From Lingula anatina (Eukaryota; Animalia; Brachiopoda), in the NCBI GenBank assembly GCA_051362555.1, contig CM120641.1, forward strand, positions 44,522,401 to 44,586,400: DNA of 64,000 nt. Direction: 5' to 3'. The notes under the pieces were generated by a model that worked only from the letters and a program-made list of their open reading frames with translations, had not been told where the DNA came from and did not search any database. The position numbers and the translations under genes were made by a program. This document shows, one piece after another, positions 1-11,430 of this stretch. Each line of letters begins with the position of its first letter. The first letter of the stretch is position 1.

Positions 1-729
1 AATCAGCAGCTGAAAAAGCGGCTTGTTGCTGATCTGTACGGCCAGATGTAAGGTGCTGTACCCGTCTGCGTCCTTCTCGTTCAACAATTCTGGGGCTGCC
101 GCTAGTAGGAGCTCCGCGCACCGAACGTTCTCGGTCTCGGCGCAGTAGTGGAGGGCCGTGCGTCCCATTGCCTCCTTCTGTGTCACCATTTCTGGCTGAG
201 TGAAATGAGGTGTAATCGAAATATTACAAATTGGCAAAAAGTGTAAAATTAAGCTTGAATTATAAATGTTGATAAAGCACGGAAAAGTTAATGGTAAATT
301 TAGAAGTCCATTGGTGTATTGGTTTTCGTGTTACGTTGCTCGTACGGTGGTGGATTGAATTGCAATAGATTAAAGCCAGTTAAAATGCCGAGACAAGGCC
401 CACTGTCACTGCCACAGGCTTATCTTAGTTCTCACTGAAATGGTCGTAAGCCCAGGTACTTATCAAAAACCATAGGATAATAAACTTTACATATCAATTT
501 ACAAAAGTATTTACATCTTTACTGGGTAGATCTACAGTTTTAAGAAATGGGGCAAAATTATCAAACTGCCCGATATAAAATCATTCCGTAAACCTGATAC
601 CGTTAAACGATGCCGATATTTTACCTTATTTTTGATGCAGTTTTTTACTTGGGCGTCGTCCCCGGCCTGACAAGCCATCATCAGGGGTGTGGCCCCTGCA
701 GGGGGTCCTTCGCCATCGGAACTAGACAT
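1..729 (-). CDS. Ankyrin-repeat protein, 5' part (runs off the window start)
   Basis: Exon 729-625 (ATG; MSSSDGEGPPAGATPLMMACQAGDDAQVKNCIKNK, GT donor) joins in phase 0 to exon 195-1 (PEMVTQKEAMGRTALHYCAETENVRCAELLLAAAPELLNEKDADGYSTLHLAVQISNKPLFQLLI). TPLMMA, GRTALH and GYSTLHLAV are ankyrin motifs. An acceptor (ttgcag) just upstream of the ATG suggests earlier exon(s). Confidence 0.85.
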
Positions 730-775
730 TTCCTGCAACGGCAATGAAGTGATTGTCAGGTCTTGATTGGCAACG

Positions 776-777
<2 letters not shown>

Positions 778-855
<78 letters not shown>
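778..855. repeat. Compound microsatellite (CT)n-(TG)n-(GA)n
   Basis: Read directly; the CT and GA tracts are mutually complementary. Confidence 0.95.
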
Positions 856-856
<1 letters not shown>

Positions 857-3800
857 AAAGAAAGAATACTGAGGGCAGCATCAGCAAAATATGATTTTTT
901 CGAACACCCGCATCATATTTGATTTACAAGTTATGGGCACAAAACTTAGATTTTTAGATAAACAGTCTCTAGCCTGGTAACATATTCTATAATTTGAGAT
1001 TATACCTTCTGTCCTTGAAGTAAATCTCCTCAACCGAAGAGTCAAATCACGAGGGTTTCAGCTATTATCTCCCCTCTTTTAGAATGCAAATATTGCTTGA
1101 CTACTTGGGGATTTTCTGTCGTTACATACCTGGACACTGTACATTCTACTCGACATGTGAAAATAACTTTACACAGTACAAATAACACTATTTAACTATG
1201 TCAACAGTTGACTTTTACCATAGTAGATAACATTGCATGTCAAATCTATGGAATATCCAAGGCAACGGTCTGATTGTAGTCTATAAGCCTGATTATCAGC
1301 AGTGGCACATAGCACAGAGGAGAAACATTGTAAGGTACCGAAGTGTAACAGTCATAGGCTTCGTTTGCCGGAGATAAACTATAGATTTGAAACCAAGAGA
1401 TAAATGTTAGATTCCGGATGCAGTGTTGAAACAAAAAGCATACAAGATTAAGCCCAGTAAATCTACGTTTTGACATAGACTAGATACGTTGTAAGTTATC
1501 CGCCGACGTGTTGCGACTAGCAATGAAATCCCCGAGAAAAGTCAGAAAACGTGTGATAATTTTTAGTATGAAACAAGGCTTACGGTTTTTTGCTGTGCAC
1601 ATGCTTGGTATGTTCTGATTAAAAGAAAAATTGATTGTACTTCTATAAAAATCTATACAGATTGTCACGTCTTTTATGAAGTGTTGCGATATGTGTGTCT
1701 TTTCCACATGTGGTTCACATTGTATATACGCAGTAGTTTACAGAGCCTACAAATGTTACCTTATTTAATGCCCAATAAATTATCATTAAAGTCATTCATG
1801 GAACTTGCTTTCTTTAATGAAATTACTATGGTTGTTTACTCCTACTATTGAAATTAAAACTTCCAGTCACAGGCTTTTGACATTTGGGCAGCTGCCATCT
1901 AAATTCTATATCCTCAAGACCTTCCTTGATAATGACTTTTTGGAAAGTTGAATAATGTTACCTGTCCTTTGGCCGCTTTATTTCTTATAGCACAAATCTC
2001 AGAGGGAACTAAATATATGAAATTACCTTAAATTTCGTAGACGTTCAGAGCTGTCATCCGCCTCCTTCTACCTGCAGAACTCCATCGATATCACTAAGGC
2101 AGCCTGCATTGACACCGGCCAGAGCAAACAAAGCTGGTATGGATTAATACCTAGTGTCTTACTTAGTCCCTTACTGACGGCACGCCATTGATTGGAATGT
2201 TCAGGCCCTAGCGGATCAAGCGCGGAGGCTAGGGACGTATGGTATATATACATACACAAGGATACTAAAAATTGAAGTTATTTCGCAAAAAAAAATGCTT
2301 CACTATAGTGTGCGGAAGACTTACCGGCCGATCTATTCCGCTGTCACGGGTGTTGTTCAACTATGTGCGGTAATGTTATGTTATGTCAGCCTTCGCGTAT
2401 TTAACATAACACAACTGTTTGTGGCGGCACAACACTCTGAAGCATAGCATCAGCCCTTGCTATGTATATATGTGTGTAATTATTCCTGCTTTCAATCACG
2501 TTCCATACTAAAAGCCACACATATTGATACGATCTGCACTGGAAATTTCTGTGGAACACAGGTGTATCGCAAAAGCCAGTCAATCAGCGATCATTAACAC
2601 AGGTTGAATAGGAGCTAGAAGAATAGATTTTCACTACTGTGCTTCTGTCGTACAAGCTCGCGTGTGTGGACTGAAACACGTCAGTAAACATGAGGCTGAA
2701 TTCTGCATGCTTTCACTGATTTTCAGTGTCAGAGGCCAATGTGTCAACATTAAACAGGCCATTGTGTGGGAAACATTCACAGCCATATTATGTACATTAC
2801 CGTCGCTAGGTGTTTGTTTTTCGAGCAAATATATTGCTATAACGGGCGCATTGTAGTGAGGACTTAAATTCCTTAATGGGACACCGTTTTAGTAGCTTTC
2901 ATTACAAGAGCTTTGCGTCTTTTTGTGCATTGAAGGGTTTTGTCAATAATATTATATATAGTTACCCGTCGTTATTTATAAACTGTATGCGGAGCTAGCA
3001 CGCTTCTCATGTTTTTTATAAGGTGTTAAGACTTTTAGTACGATAACATAAACATTATGCATGTTTGGGCATAAACTCTAAGACAACGCAAATTGCCGTT
3101 GCTCTAAAAACATTCTTGGGAGCAACCAAATGCGTTTTGATCTTCTCTGTCGCAATTATAACTGGGTAACTCGAAAAATTTACAAGAACATATCACGTCA
3201 AACAAATCCAAATTTTGATATCACCAAAATTATCGTCGATAATACAAATTAATTTGTGTCTTCATAATAAGATATGCTAACATATAAGAATATTGATCTA
3301 ATAGCTTTTACACCATTAATGAATCGCTCAATACAGAATTTGTAGTAAATAACGTCGGAATTCAGTTTTTTTTTAGTGCTACAAGTATTTGTAACATCAT
3401 TAAAATATGATCAATTGGTAGCTTGCGTTCTTGCATACCGTCTCAAGCGTCCTTTTTTTAATTAGCATACAAGCCCAAGCCTCTTCAAGGGGTAGATACT
3501 TTTTAATACAGTTATACAAAACTGGAATAATCTGCATGAAAGAGGTTTCGGAGGTCTGGAAAAAGGTTATTATGCAAGAAGCTACAAAATGTTTATGTCC
3601 GCCATCACTGGTATTTTCCTTATTATCATTATATCATATATATCGTGGAGGGGGGGGGGGGGGCGGATGACAATTTTATATCGTGAAAATCATGACCGGT
3701 AGACATGCATAACAATATGACGAGGCCTATTGTAGATTCAAGAATGGTGGAGATATCTTTGTGTGGATGCATATCTCTGTCTCATGATCATTGTCTGACC

Positions 3801-4572
3801 TTTCCCAACCAAACAGGTCAATGTTTGTCCCAGATCCAAGCGTTATGTAACCTTCCTCTCCAGAAAACATATGCATGTTCAGGGCAACAAAATAAGAAGC
3901 GCATATTTCAGCTAATTTTATTAATTTGTTTACAAGATGTATATTCATGTAAAGTGTGAAGTTAAAATAATGTCCGAGTATAATCAAATATATATATATA
4001 CCCGACATCTGTGTTTTGTATCATATGCAAAACAAGCCTGTTCTGCCGGGTTTGGCGTGACTCCAACGAGCCGACAAGAGATTGTCCCTCTCACACTGTT
4101 CACATAATACAAAGCCGTATGAACACAGCGTCTGGAGTGAAGAAAAAGTCATCAGTTGGAACTACCTTAACTACATGATCATGAGCGCGGTGGTGACAAA
4201 TTACTTAAGAGAACATCTTCCTTATAGCACTGCCGTCTTAATAGTAGTAATTACGGTTGTGCTGCTGCGTTCGATTTTGATGAAATTTGTGGGAAATCCA
4301 ACTTTAAAGAAAGACTTCCTATCGCACACAGAAGATGTCGACCCAACGGTCTCGAACGGGGAAGATGCAGGTGACTCGATACACAACGATCACAGTGGTG
4401 ACGATGACGCTCCACAGGTTGCTTTCAATCCCCAGTTTTATTCCAAGTCACAGATGATCGAGCGCGCCCGGAGGTTTTACGAAAATATGAACGCTCGGAG
4501 GTCCGTGCGGAGTTTAAGTCCTGAGCCCGTCCCTTTGGATGTGATACAAAATATCATTCGAACTGCAGGTAA

Positions 4573-5056
4573 TGCCCCTTTTTCACACAGACCACGAATC
4601 CCACGAATGGCCATGAATTGACAAATTTCACGATTCGTGGTTGAATCGTAATTAGTTCGTGAAGTTCTTAACAGATTCGCATATATTCGTAGTCAGTTCT
4701 TGCACTTCTTGACCAACAGGAATTGGTGGCAAAAACTTTGATGCCCCTATTTCACACAGACCACGAATCCCACGAATCGCCAGAAATTGAAAATTTCAGG
4801 ATTCGTGGTTGAATCGTAATCAGTTCGTGAAGTTCTTAACAGATTCGTATATAATCGTAGTCAGTTCTTGCAATTCTTGATAAATCTTGCGATTCCAGCC
4901 GAATCCCACGAATATTCGTAACACTATCGTACCTGTATCGTAACTGAATCGTGAGCGTGTCGAATTAGACCAGAAAATTGGCAAAATCTCACGAATCCTG
5001 AAATTTGTCAATTTCTGGCGATTCGTGGGATTCGTGGTCTGTGTGAAATAGGGGCC
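4573..5056. mobile_element. PIF/Harbinger-like MITE (family A) with duplicated left end
   Basis: TIRs (t/g)gcccctatttcacacagaccacgaatcccacgaat..., ~65 bp for the inner unit 4742-5056. TAA on both sides (4570-4572, 5057-5059). Empty site caggtaacagacagg is seen in IYD copy 3 (13748-13762). Confidence 0.88.
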
Positions 5057-6630
5057 TAACAGACAGGTTGGGAATCATGGGGAATGTTTTGGAGTTGGGC
5101 AGGGAGTTAAAAAAACGCAAATTTTCACTAAATGCGACTACAAGATTTAACCTCTGAGATGATAACTTTAAATAAATAGCATTTTCAAAAGTCGCTTGAT
5201 ATTTTATAAAAAATGCACCCTGTGAGCTTATATGTATATTGTTTTATACAAGACCACACGATTTGCTTGACTCGACGTATTGAACAATGAATAGGACCTT
5301 ATTCGTGATCTTTCGGTTAATATTCGTGAGGTACATGTAAAAGACCAGTCCCCAACGTTTGCCCTATACATTCATGTTGTTTACCCTTCGTTATCAAAAA
5401 GGCTAGGCAACAATAGCCTTTTACAACAAGAAAAGAAATATACGAATTAGAAAATTAAAAAGAGAGAGTCAATGAATGAGTGTAAGAAAGAAAGAAAAAT
5501 ATTTAAAGAAAGGTTGGGGAGAAGAAAAATACACTGCATTTACTGACTACCGCAGTGAGTGTTTTGTACAGGCAGTTATCTCTCACCAAGCATCTTCCAA
5601 AGATAAAGTTAGCAAATAATGAACAGGTTGTTAAGCAAAATCCTGTTTTATGGATTTTTTTATTCAGAAAAAGGTATTGATAAAGAAGAACCCGTCAGTT
5701 GCCCTGTTGCATGCTACACACATCCTCGCCCCTACGCCATGTAGACATCGCCGAGATCGCGTTATGACATGTGTCATGCCAAAATATATGAATGTACGTT
5801 GCTAAAATAGATAATTTTTTATTGGGCGATAATATTTTATTAGCACGAAGGTGTAAAATTAAAATCAATCTCACTTCACCCCCTTCTTTTTTACTATCCA
5901 ATTATGATTACCATGAACTTTGTTTATATTATTTAAGGGTGTTTTAAAGCTCAACTATCACAAATCATGCTGCTTTTTATTCTTGTTAATCACCAGACGT
6001 ACTTATTTTTGCGCATGTGCTTGCTGAGCCTGTGCAGTTCTAATTGTTAATAACATGCCTCTCTTATTGCACATTGTTAGATGTGATGAGCAATGGACAG
6101 TAGGCAAAAAATCCTCTAACATAAACAATAATCCTCTTTACAAAATATAATGGCTGTTAAAAAGATTTCTGGTGATAAAGTATCAGGAAAGGAGGACCAA
6201 GGATTGGATAGTCGGACAAAAATGCCATTTGCCCCAAGAAAATTCAAATTTTACGCTGTGCACCTTTATGCTAGCCATCAAACTCACTGTTTGTGAAAAT
6301 GCATGTCAAGGTGACCCAAAACGACATCTAGTTGCCCTTAGTGTTTTACAGACAATAAGCACGGTATCACGTGTATATAAGTTACATATATGATTTTAAT
6401 ATCTATTATATGTACTACTATAAATAGTATATGTATTTTTTTTTAAACGTAAAGAAAAGTGCTTCCGTATCAAATTTCCGTACAACATATAAATTTATGT
6501 TTGTGTGACTACACAAACGAGTAACTGGGTAGTGCCACGTGTGTGTTGTACCCAGCAAACATAGAACATTGTTATAAGTAAGCATAGCGTTAATATAACC
6601 AAATAACGTTATGTTAGACTTTTTGTTCAA

Positions 6631-6668
6631 AATCCCCGAAGAAGGCCAAGGGACCGAAAGCTCGGATT
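6631..6668 (+). ncRNA. Minimal type I hammerhead ribozyme motif of Penelope-like element type, with a core mutation
   Basis: AATCC-CCGAAGA-AGGCCAAGGGACC-GAAA-GC-TC-GGATT: stem I AATCC/GGATT, CUGANGA box with U4>C, imperfect stem II, GAAA box and palindromic AGCT stem III. Confidence 0.6.
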
Positions 6669-6901
6669 GTATTTAACAACTATATTGTAGATCTTTTTAG
6701 GTGCATCAATATATATACTTCTATTGCTAACGTTATAATAACGCTCTGTAATACACGTCTTTGCGTGTGTGTGTGTGTGCGTTTGTTTTAGTACCTATAT
6801 CCGGTATCCGGCAAAGGACGCCACCGTTCCAGACTTAAAGAAAAAGAACTAAATAAAATCATGGTACTTTTGGACTTTAATTTGTGTGTTTGTGTTGGGT
6901 T

Positions 6902-6932
<31 letters not shown>

Positions 6933-7407
6933 GGGTTACGTGCTATGACTTGCTTTGAGTAATGTCTCTCTCTAAGGTTTTGCTTGTGAATACTAATTTA
7001 TTGGCTTTAAAGCAAAGTTTCTACAACTAATTATCGTGCTTCATTATTTTTCATTTTATCAAAGTTTATCTGCTTTATATCTATGCTAAAAGCCCGATGA
7101 TGTATATGACATGAGCTCTTTCCATCAAACCCTGTCGCTTGGTATCATTAAGGGCGATAGGATCATTTTTAATCACAGGAATAAATAAATAAAAACAAGG
7201 ATTTTCAGTACCTTCATTTTTTATCGATGTGTTTGCATTTTGTCAATAGTGAGCAAGGATCCTGTGAAGCTTATGAAATGTTTTTTAAATATCATTTAAT
7301 TAAGCCGCTCTTGTACTACAATGTTATGCAAAAAATAAATAATGTTAAAATACGATGTAATTCCCTGATCAAACAACCCTTCACAGTATCGAGACTACCC
7401 AACTTTT

Positions 7408-7830
7408 CTGTATTGCATCAATATCGTACGGGAATGGCGCGACTATTACGTTAATTTTCATTTCTACAGTTGTCTCTCAAGGTTCATACAGGAACTATCA
7501 TTTATATGAATAAATAACAAAGAAAAAGGACAAAACATATTCCATAAAACTCTGTATTGCATCAATATCATACGGGTATGGCGCGACTATTACGTTAATT
7601 TTTATTTCTACAGTTGTCTCTCAAGGTTCATACAGGCACTGTTATTTATATGAATAAATAACAAAGAAAAAAGATATATTTCATGAAAATCTGCATTGCA
7701 TCTTTATTATAGCGGTATAGCGTAATATTACGTTTATTTTCATTACATTTCTACAGTTGTCTCTCAGAATTCATACAGGAACTATCATTTATATAAATAA
7801 ATAACAAAGAAAAAAGACAAGATATATTCA
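7408..7830. repeat. Three tandem copies of a ~140-144 bp unit upstream of IYD copy 2
   Basis: Units start at 7408, 7552 and 7691 (ctgtattgcatc...ctacagttgtctctca...aaataacaaagaaaaa). Confidence 0.9.
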
Positions 7831-8232
7831 TTACAAACGTTGTATTTTAACACATTATTGATACAGCATGAGAATAATATAAGAAAATGATATCCAAAAG
7901 TTCATTCTCCATTGTCTGCAAATTATTTTCTACATTCAGGTTAAAAACAACTTCATTGGAAATATTTTTGACAATTTGCTTAGTGATCAAATCAAACATT
8001 TTTCATTGACAAAAAACGACGGAATACAACCCCTTTCCGATGATAATAGCAATTTCAGGTACTTTTCAAGCTAGGGTCACAACATGGATTCAAGGAGAAA
8101 GCTTTAATTCAAGCACTTTTCAAGGCTGAATGAACTCGGTCTCTCTCACGTAGTTCTCACGTGACCGTACCAATACATTTACAGCTTGGAGATAAAACGA
8201 TACAACCTGTATTACATGATAAGATTACAAGT

Positions 8233-11200
8233 ATGAGAGCTCTGGTAACGAATTATTTAAGGGAACATCTTCCTTATAGCACTGCCGTCTTACTAGTAGT
8301 AATAACGGTTGTGCTGCTGCGTTCGATTTTGATGAAATTTGTGGGAATTCCAACTTTAAAGAAGGACTTCCCATCACACACTGAGGATGTCGACCCAACG
8401 GTCTCCCACGAGGAAGATGGAGGTGACTCCAAACACGACGACGACGATCACAGCGGTGAAGATGACGCTCCCCGGGTGGCTTTCAATCCCCAGTTTTATT
8501 CCAAGTCACAGATGATCGAGCTAGCTCGGAGGTTTTACGAAAATATGAACGCTCGGAGGTCTGTGCGTAGTTTAAGTTCTGAGCCCGTCCCTTTGGATGT
8601 GATACAAAATATCATTCGAACTGCAGGTAACAGAAAGGTTGGGAATGTATTGGAGTGGGGCAGAGCGATTTAAAAATACCCGCACAATGCCTTTAATTGC
8701 AACTGCAAGATTTTTCATTTAACATATCACAGATTTAACGTTAAAGCTTTTTTTAAAGTCAAGCCATATATCAAAATACATGTCACAGGCCAGATCACTG
8801 AGTTTGGCCTATCTATATTGCTTTATCTAAGACCATGGGATTTATTAAACTCGACTTATTGCAGTTAAAGAACCCACCATAATCTGTGGTGGTTAATATT
8901 CTGGAGGTAAAAAGATTTGTTTACAGAGCTTGATTCAGGTTTTTTCCTTGGATGAGTGAAAGAGAGAAAGAAAAGTATTGAAAGGAAGGTTGTGGGAACG
9001 AAAAAACATTTACTGAATACTTCGGTGAACATTTTGTACCGGCAGCTGTCTCTCACTAAATATTTCCTTAAGATACATTTAGCAAATATTGAACTCTTTG
9101 TAAAGCCAGATCCTGATTTCCAACATTCTTGATTTAGTTAGGGATATTTATGAAGAAGATCAGCCCGTCTGTTGCATGCTCTATCTACTCAGTATACTAA
9201 GTATAAACTACATGTATATAGCTATAAACTATATGGTGTGTTCACCTCGCCTCCCCTGCCCCCATTATAGATACACGACGCCCTGCAGACCTCGTTGAGG
9301 ACATTATTTGACCTGTGTCGTGCCAAAATATGTACGCTGCTAAAATACATGTAGATACTCTTTTTATTATGTTTATTTGCACGAGCGTGTAAAATTAAAA
9401 CCATTCTCATGCCACCCGTTCGTGTTCACTTCCCTAAGGTCATTATTAACATTTTCCTTATGTTTTGAAAAAAAGGTTGGCAAACCTAGCTCACATTTTG
9501 CTGCTTTACATTCTTGTTAATCGCCAGGTGTGCATGATTTTTTCACGTGCTGTCATTATCTGCATTTCACTTAAGGTGATAGCCCGTTGCACTGGTGCGT
9601 TTCCGATCTCATTCTTTCAGGTTGCGATACACAGTGCACAGTGCACTTCTTTCCGTAACCTTACTGAACTGAAAGATTTTTTTCTCCGATAACAATAAAT
9701 TCGTGATTTCAAGTTTGGAGGTAAAAAACAGGAAAATGTATACATCTTTTGTAATGAATAAATAATTTTCAAACACACTGTCTGTGTGCATGTACGTCAA
9801 GGCGACCCAAAAAGACATTTTGACCCCATTTCCATAGATTTTACAACGATCTATCCCTGTGGGGAGTCTCACTAGATTACGGTCAGCTTAGCCGGCTGAA
9901 GCGGCTGCCCCGCCTACTGAAAGCTGTAAGGGGGTAATGAACTGTGGTGCGCGCTCGGCTTACTGCAATTTAGCGTGAACCCCCAGGGAGCTAGATCGAT
10001 CTTAATCTTAATCCCTGGATCGATCTAATCTCTGGGAATACACCCTTAGTCGATGCCCCTAGAGTTTTACAGTAAAATGAGGAAGTTTTATACACGAAAC
10101 AAATAGTGCACAGTCCTGAGGGGATAGAAAGTTCCCGATGAGATGGAACGGGACCCAACGAGAATGTTAAGCATAATGGGTGTGAGTTGCATGTTTGTAT
10201 GCGTGTGTGTGTGTGTGCGTTTGTTTTAGACCCAAATTCCATAGATTTTAGATCGATCTATCCCTGTGGGGAGTCTCACTAGATTACTGTCAGTTTAGCC
10301 ATCTTAAGCGTCTGTCCCGCCTACTGAAAGCTGTAAGGGGGTAATTAACTATGGTGCGCGCTCGGCTGACTGCAATTTAACGTGAACCCCCAGGGAGTTA
10401 GGTCGATCTAAATCTTAATCCCTGGATTGATCTAAATCTCTGGGAAAACACCCTTAGACTGGGTTCCCATACTTAGATCGATCCATCTGGATCGACCTAA
10501 CTCCCTGGGGGTTCACGCTATATTGCTATCAGCTCAAGAGGCTTAAATGTCTATCACGCCTACCAAATCAGCCAGGGGTAAAGATAACTACTCCCTGACA
10601 GTTTTACTAGGCGTGAGAGACGTTTAAGCCGTTTAGTTTGATAGCAATTTAGTGAGACTCCCCAGGGAGTTAGATCGATCCAAATATCTGTGAGAATTGT
10701 CCCTTAGTACCTACTCTTTTTAGTGGCATGGTCATTTATCTACAACATGATATGATGGATATTAAATCGACATCTTCCAGGAACGTCTCCTAGCGGCGCC
10801 CACACAGAGCCCTGGACATTTGTAGTGGTCAGTAACAAGGGGATAAAAGCTCAAATCCGGCAAATCGTGGAGGCGGAAGAGGAGATAAATTATAGGAAAC
10901 GCATGGGAAATAAATGGGTGGAGGACTTGAAGAAGTTAAAGGTCAACTGGGAGAAACCTTACCTGGATGTGGCCCCATATCTTATTATAGTGCTGAGACA
11001 GGCTTACGGCCTCGGTGAGAACGGAGAGAGGAAGACCCACTATTACAACGAGATCAGCGTGTCCATCGCGGTGGGGCTGCTGCTCGCGGCCGTTCAGGTA
11101 ATAACGTCCATCTGTCTGCGTGGTACTGTGAAGAACACGTGAGTTAAAATATGTTTAAATTCTGCAGTATCCGATATTTGTTAACGATTGTGTTATATAC

Positions 11201-11430
11201 GACTCAGTGATTAGAGAATTAAGCCACACCTTTCTTGTATTCAGAACGCTGGTCTTGTGACAGTGACCACCACCCCAATGAACGCTGGACCAGCACTGCG
11301 CACGCTGCTGGGACGTCCCGTTAATGAGAAGGTGGTGCTGCTGTTACCTGTAGGGTATCCGGCAAAGGACGCCACCGTTCCAGACTTAAAGAGGAAAGAA
11401 TTAGATAAAATCATGGTGCTTCTGGATTAA
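8233..11430 (+). CDS. IYD: Iodotyrosine deiodinase copy 2 (3 exons, 298 aa)
   Basis: Exons 8233-8626, 10781-11097 and 11245-11430 total 897 nt in frame. Motifs: N-terminal [61 protein letters not shown] (nitroreductase-fold IYD). Confidence 0.95.
9822..10045 (-). mobile_element. MITE family B (~225 bp, Harbinger-like), copy 1
   Basis: Near-identical to 10229-10453, 44147-44371 and 60859-61083; imperfect TIRs containing agatcgatc. Empty site in IYD copy 1 intron (~6314-6350). Confidence 0.88.
10229..10453 (-). mobile_element. MITE family B, copy 2
   Basis: Flanked by TTA (10226-10228) and TTA (10454-10456). Confidence 0.9.
10457..10703 (+). mobile_element. MITE family B, diverged subfamily, opposite orientation
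   Basis: Shares gatcgacctaactccctgggggttcacgcta and gtgagactcccca with family B; flanked by TTA (10454-10456, 10704-10706). Confidence 0.82.

Larger units (their letters stand above)
4181..6880 (+). pseudogene. IYD: Iodotyrosine deiodinase copy 1, internally deleted
   Basis: Exon 1 (4181-4568) is intact with TM anchor and NARRSVR...IIRTAG. Exon 2 and most of exon 3 are missing: intron-1 sequence gtttgttttagtaccta (to 6797) joins straight to the exon-3 tail [13 protein letters not shown] (~6803-6880), which also has a 1-nt deletion giving a premature TAA. Confidence 0.88.

Noticed and set aside
7408-7830. CRISPR-like array
   Set aside because: Contiguous ~140-bp units with no unique spacers, in eukaryotic DNA.
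8070-8170. Nuclear-receptor half-sites upstream of IYD as a thyroid response element
   Set aside because: Isolated GGGTCA/TGAACT hexamers without a convincing DR4 or palindromic spacing.
8161-8232. N-terminal extension of IYD from GTG (also 13285, and TTG at 4082)
   Set aside because: Artefact of alternative start codons in the ORF track; similarity among all three copies begins at the ATG.
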